Below are positions 60,413-64,000 of a stretch of 64,000 nt of DNA, one piece after another. Source of the stretch: an uncultured Chloroflexia bacterium (GTDB lineage Bacteria; Chloroflexota; Anaerolineae; Anaerolineales; UBA4823); NCBI GenBank assembly GCA_963709875.1, contig CAVPYB010000012.1:392320-456319 (forward strand), written 5' to 3'. The position numbers and the translations under genes were made by a program. Position 1 is the stretch's first letter, and each line of letters opens with the position of its first letter. The notes beneath the pieces were generated by a model. The model was given only the letters and a program-made list of their open reading frames with translations. It was not told the origin of the DNA and made no database searches.

Positions 60413-61432
60413 GAAGCTGCCTCCTCGACACGTTGAATGTTAATGAATGCTGCCTGTTCCTCCCGCAGGGCGATCAATGCGCCGCGCACTCGGTACGCAG
60501 TCGGGTCACCTGAAGGGCTGTCCATCTCTGCCTTGACAAGGGTACCGGGCAGGATGCCAAGATCGAGCATGCGCCTGCGTTCTGGGCCGCGGCAAACCGG
60601 GAGCAATATTGATCACCCGACCGCTCTGCCCCGGTCTCAACGCACTCATCGGCTCAACTCCGGCGGGCAGCGCGGTCTCCACCTTCGGGGAGGGCTGGAC
60701 AGAGATATTCGCCGCCACCAGTGGCGCTAATAGATGCTCATCGTTGTTAGCCCAAAACCTGATCCGCTGGGGAGCTGTCTCGATCACGCGCACCTCCATG
60801 CCTGGGTACAGCCCCTCTGCCCTGATCTGCGCGTAAACGGCTTCCGGCTCATCCTCGATATGGACGATGCGCGCCGGTTGGTCGACCTCCAGGGCTGTCA
60901 GGGGCCGCCCGCCATGCGGTTTCATCTCTCCCGCCGCGGTCGGGATGGGGTCACCATGCGGGTCGTAGGCTGGGTTTCCCAGCTGCACCGACAAGGCATC
61001 CGCCCGATCCCTGGTGAGCATATGTTCGTAATAATCTGCCTGACCGTGCCACTCGGCCTCATGGTAGCCGGTCTCGTCTGCCAGATAGCGCTCCCACAGG
61101 CGGTGGGCGCGGATGATGTGCAGGGCATAGTCCTGCCCGGCTGGCGTCAGGCGCAGCTCTCCGTTCGACAGGGCGATCAGACCCTGCTTTTCCATGCTGT
61201 CCATTAATTCAGCAGCCCGGTTGACGCTGATCTGCAGCTCCCCCGCCACACTCTGCAGGTTCGGGTGCTGACCCTTGACAGCAGATTTGTGCAGGTGCTT
61301 GAGCGCATCCTCCAGCAGGACGCGGTCCGACATGCGCCGCACCTGCCGCCAGCGGCTCACCAGCCCGCTGTCCGGCCAGAACAGCAGCAACAGGATTGCC
61401 AGTAGGAACACTCCAATTAACAATGCAATCAA
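60409..61432 (-). pseudogene. membrane-anchored DtxR-family regulator fused to two FeoA domains, one frame disruption
   Basis: N-terminal TM MIALLIGVFLLAILLLLFW; wHTH region; IIRAHRLWERYL, YDPHGDPIP; FeoA-like LTALEVDQPARIVHIED...GLYPGMEVRV. Second FeoA LSALRPGQSGRVINI...RRRMLDLGILPGTLV is restored by removing one G from GGG at 60599-60601. The stop overlaps the feoB start. Confidence 0.65.
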
Positions 61433-61459
61433 AGGACTCGCATAGTTATCTCTCTGTAT

Positions 61460-62137
61460 TTATTCCAATTCGACAAAAATTTGACGGGTTACACGTGGTC
61501 CGAGCACGATCTGGTTATCCCCACCGGCGACTTTCAGACTCAGGTTGCCATCAAACCCCGAGTAGTCCACAACGCGCAAGCGTGCCTGCGGCACCAGACC
61601 GATGTCCAGCAGGTAGCGCAGCAGCCGCGGATCTTCATCGTCAACCCGCTGGACGATCGCCTGCTCGCCCGCCCGCAGGTCTGCAAGCCGCACCCAGGTA
61701 TCGGGCGTGATCCGCAGGTCGCGGGTGGGGATCGGGTCGCCATGTGGGTCGTGCAGCGGGTCTCCCAGCACTTTAGCAATGCGCTCTTCAAAATCCTCAG
61801 AGATCACATGCTCCAGCCGGTCGGCCTCTGCGTGCACTTCATCCCAGGTGTAGCCCAGCCTCTCGTGTAGATACAGCTCGAGCAGGCGGTGGTGGCGGAT
61901 CAGCTCAAGCGCCACACTCTCGCCTTCCGGAGTAAGCGCTACTCCACGGTGCTTGTGGTAATCCAACAAGGGAGGATCGTTGGCTGCCAGGCGCTTGAGC
62001 ATCCCGGTCACGGAAGCCGGGGTTACCCCCATACGCTGGGAGATCTGGCTGGTGGAGGCGCGCCCTTGATCCAGGGTCAGGTCATAGATGGCTTTCAGAT
62101 AGTCTTCTACAGATTGGGTCAGGTTATCACGAAGCAT
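61460..62137 (-). CDS. DtxR/IdeR/MntR-family metal-dependent repressor
   Basis: SVEDYLKAIYDL, ISQRMGVTPASVTGMLKRL, LIRHHRLLELYL, LHDPHGDPIP, C-terminal SH3/FeoA-like LADLRAGEQAIVQRV. Confidence 0.85.
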   Translation of the reverse strand: MLRDNLTQSVEDYLKAIYDLTLDQGRASTSQISQRMGVTPASVTGMLKRLAANDPPLLDYHKHRGVALTPEGESVALELIRHHRLLELYLHERLGYTWDEVHAEADRLEHVISEDFEERIAKVLGDPLHDPHGDPIPTRDLRITPDTWVRLADLRAGEQAIVQRVDDEDPRLLRYLLDIGLVPQARLRVVDYSGFDGNLSLKVAGGDNQIVLGPRVTRQIFVELE

Positions 62138-62145
62138 AATCGTTT

Positions 62146-62164
62146 TAGGTTTGTCTAAATTAAT
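62146..62164. promoter_or_regulatory. DtxR/IdeR-type operator
   Basis: TTAGGTTTGTCTAAATTAA matches the 19-bp consensus TTAGGTTAGCCTAACCTAA at 15 of 19 positions; 9 nt upstream of the repressor start; a second palindromic core TTAGCTAA lies at 62168-62175. Confidence 0.55.
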
Positions 62165-62270
62165 ATTTAGCTAATGATAATATAGGCTCTGCACAATGTC
62201 GAGTGATGAAAATCCCGCATTTAAAGTGACATTCTCCGTACTCCCACCCACAGAATGTGCATAACGCTGA

Positions 62271-62978
62271 TCAGGCTGCATTCATTAACGTCAGGGTGGT
62301 GAAAGAGAAGAAGATCAGATAAGCAATGTTGAACCCGGCTCCCTCGGTGTAATCCGTCAGCCTGCTCGGCAGGACCCGCTTGAGGAGCATCCAGAAGAGC
62401 AGCGCTGTCACCGGGTTGACCACAGCCATCCACTGCGGGAAGCCGGTCCTGCCAATCCCTACCAGGATGGAGTACCAGACCGAAGCAATGATGATGCAGG
62501 CAAACAGGAACCCGTAGGTAATGGTCATGATCTTACGGTGGCGGGCGAACATCTCCAGCAAAGCGGGTTGGGAATCTGCATCCAGACGGTTTAACGCCTG
62601 CACGTACTCGCCCAGGTAGATGAACGAGCCATGCACGAATGTCCCCACGATGGATGCCCAGGCGAACAAGATGAACGGCGGCAGTGCCAGCCCTAGCCCG
62701 GCCGGCAGCAGTCCCCGGTAGACCTGCCAGAAGCCAACCAGTACGAGCGGCGTGGCAAAGACCCCCAGCAGGCCGCCCCAGGACAGCCGCCACCAGGGGA
62801 GAGCCACCATGCGCTCTGTGCCGGAGAGCTGACTGGCATGCGGCTGCAGGTTCGGGTAATCGACCAGGCTGGCCTTGCCCGCCAGCAGGAAGACATCGCC
62901 AACCGCATAGATCAAGGCTCCTGCTACTGCCAGCAGCCCGGTTAGTTGAATGACAAACAAGGGTTCAGCAAACATCAT
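62271..62978 (-). CDS. polytopic membrane protein of unknown function
   Basis: 235-aa ORF with ~7 hydrophobic segments; no motif recognised. Confidence 0.5.
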   Translation of the reverse strand: MMFAEPLFVIQLTGLLAVAGALIYAVGDVFLLAGKASLVDYPNLQPHASQLSGTERMVALPWWRLSWGGLLGVFATPLVLVGFWQVYRGLLPAGLGLALPPFILFAWASIVGTFVHGSFIYLGEYVQALNRLDADSQPALLEMFARHRKIMTITYGFLFACIIIASVWYSILVGIGRTGFPQWMAVVNPVTALLFWMLLKRVLPSRLTDYTEGAGFNIAYLIFFSFTTLTLMNAA

Positions 62979-62990
62979 AGCACCTTATAG

Positions 62991-63611
62991 TTATCTTTGC
63001 AGGCTCAAGCTGGATAATCTGGGCAGGTAGCGCCCGGTGTGCTGCATATAGTCACGATACTCGTCACCAAACCGCTCAATTAGGCGGGCTTCTTCATGCG
63101 GCGTGCGCATGGAAATCGGGATGATGCCGAGCACAAGCACCAGAAGGATGAACCAGTTCGCCGCCAGCAGGCCCAACCCGATGAACATAAGGAAACCCAC
63201 TGTGTACAGCGGGTGCCGCACCCAGCGGTATGGACCATGTGTCACCAGGCTGTGTTCCTGGCGGGTGACCACAGTGGGCGTGACGTTCATCCCCAGGCTG
63301 CTGAACACCCAGTAGATCAGCGGCACACAGACCAGCATGATGCCGGCGCCGACCCAGCGCAGCCAGTAGGGCAGCGGCATCTGGGACCATGCCATCCAGG
63401 CAGGGTTGATCAGGTAGGCAAAAGCGGATAACCACAGCAGCAAACCGAAGATGCGGCGCAGGTTGAGGATCAGCGAGCCCTCTTCTTTGACATCAATCTC
63501 ATCATTTGTCTGGTTCGCCTTACGGCGGTAATAGATCGAAACTGAGAATCCAGACAGCAGTAGAACGATTGCAATAATTTGAAAAACACGTTCCATATCC
63601 ATGTCTACCAT
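62991..63611 (-). CDS. isoprenylcysteine carboxyl methyltransferase (ICMT)/phospholipid methyltransferase-family membrane protein
   Basis: LVTHGPYRWVRHPLYTVGFLMFIGLGL plus EE..L...FG..Y..Y tail are typical of the family. Confidence 0.7.
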   Translation of the reverse strand: MVDMDMERVFQIIAIVLLLSGFSVSIYYRRKANQTNDEIDVKEEGSLILNLRRIFGLLLWLSAFAYLINPAWMAWSQMPLPYWLRWVGAGIMLVCVPLIYWVFSSLGMNVTPTVVTRQEHSLVTHGPYRWVRHPLYTVGFLMFIGLGLLAANWFILLVLVLGIIPISMRTPHEEARLIERFGDEYRDYMQHTGRYLPRLSSLSLQR

Positions 63612-63621
63612 CCTATAGTTA

Positions 63622-64000
63622 TTATTTAATCAGCAGCCCGGTCACCCACAGCACCAGCATGCCGGTGACGATGCCGGAGAAAACTGTAAACGGCATCGGC
63701 TGCCGGTCGGTATCTTTCTGGATCAGCCTGGCGATCTCGTAGACCACCTGGAAGACTGCCCCGGTACCGATCGCCAGGAAGAGCACCGCCAGAGTTGGGG
63801 AGGGTGAGAAACCGCCGATCCAGGCGCCCAGGATCGCCGGCGCTCCGCCGACCAGACCCATCAGCGCCAGGTTCCTTACCCCGGGCCGGTCGCGCAGAAC
63901 CGGGGCGATGATCCCCAACCCCTCGGTGATGTTCTGGACGATGAAGCCGACCACCAGGAACGCGCCCAGGGCTACCTCGCCTACGCTGTAAGCCGCACCG
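63622..64000 (-). CDS. ZIP-family metal transporter (partial, N-terminus outside the window)
   Basis: The open frame runs to the window edge; QNITEGLG (the HNxPEGLA-like motif) and Gly-rich TM helices GGAPAILGAWIGG. Confidence 0.6.
   Translation of the reverse strand, partial: GAAYSVGEVALGAFLVVGFIVQNITEGLGIIAPVLRDRPGVRNLALMGLVGGAPAILGAWIGGFSPSPTLAVLFLAIGTGAVFQVVYEIARLIQKDTDRQPMPFTVFSGIVTGMLVLWVTGLLIK

Noticed and set aside
1-64000. tRNA, rRNA, transposase, integrase, att-type direct repeats at the island edges
   Set aside because: Scanning by eye found no T-loop/acceptor patterns, no DDE or tyrosine-recombinase-like ORFs, and no convincing direct repeat flanking 45.4-51.5 kb. The only flanking similarity is the doc relic.

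Overview
High-GC bacterial chromosomal segment. Hand counts of a few lines give about 57-65% GC. Gene content suggests a monoderm-type lineage such as Chloroflexota or Actinomycetota, but that is inference only.

- **1-36.5 kb:** one co-directional cell-surface glycan locus. It holds dTDP-rhamnose genes rfbCBAD, a Wzm/Wzt ABC exporter, a WecA-like initiating transferase, Wzz-like and O-antigen-ligase-like proteins, more than 10 GT-A/GT-B transferases and several GT-C membrane transferases. It also holds a sulfotransferase, three glycoside hydrolases, and a CMP-sugar module that ends in a sialyltransferase-like/GT-C fusion protein.
- **36.5-45.3 kb:** a membrane-anchored gluzincin peptidase, a YtxH protein, adenosine deaminase, and a roughly 1600-aa multi-CBM GH13 amylopullulanase-like enzyme.
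- **45.4-51.4 kb:** an accessory island. It has an AbrB/Doc toxin-antitoxin pair with a promoter-overlapping operator and a 5'-truncated RHS polymorphic toxin with an AT-rich C-terminal tip. Candidate immunity ORFs and an orphan RHS core fragment follow, and a diverged doc relic lies at the far edge.
- **51.6-56.8 kb:** a second sulfotransferase, panB-panE-panC, a 37-codon panD stub, coaX and tsaC.
- **56.9-64 kb:** ppgK, ridA, a feoB/feoA operon with two DtxR-family regulators and a DtxR-type box, membrane proteins, an ICMT-like methyltransferase and a partial ZIP transporter.

I found no rRNA, tRNA, CRISPR array, transposase or integrase.

Roughly 30 reading-frame disruptions are present and they are strongly clustered in feoB, panB/panE and GH78. 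Four of the five I resolved by hand are +1 nt in G/C homopolymers. Pseudogene calls may therefore be assembly indels.

All family assignments rest on motif recognition by eye. No searches were run.
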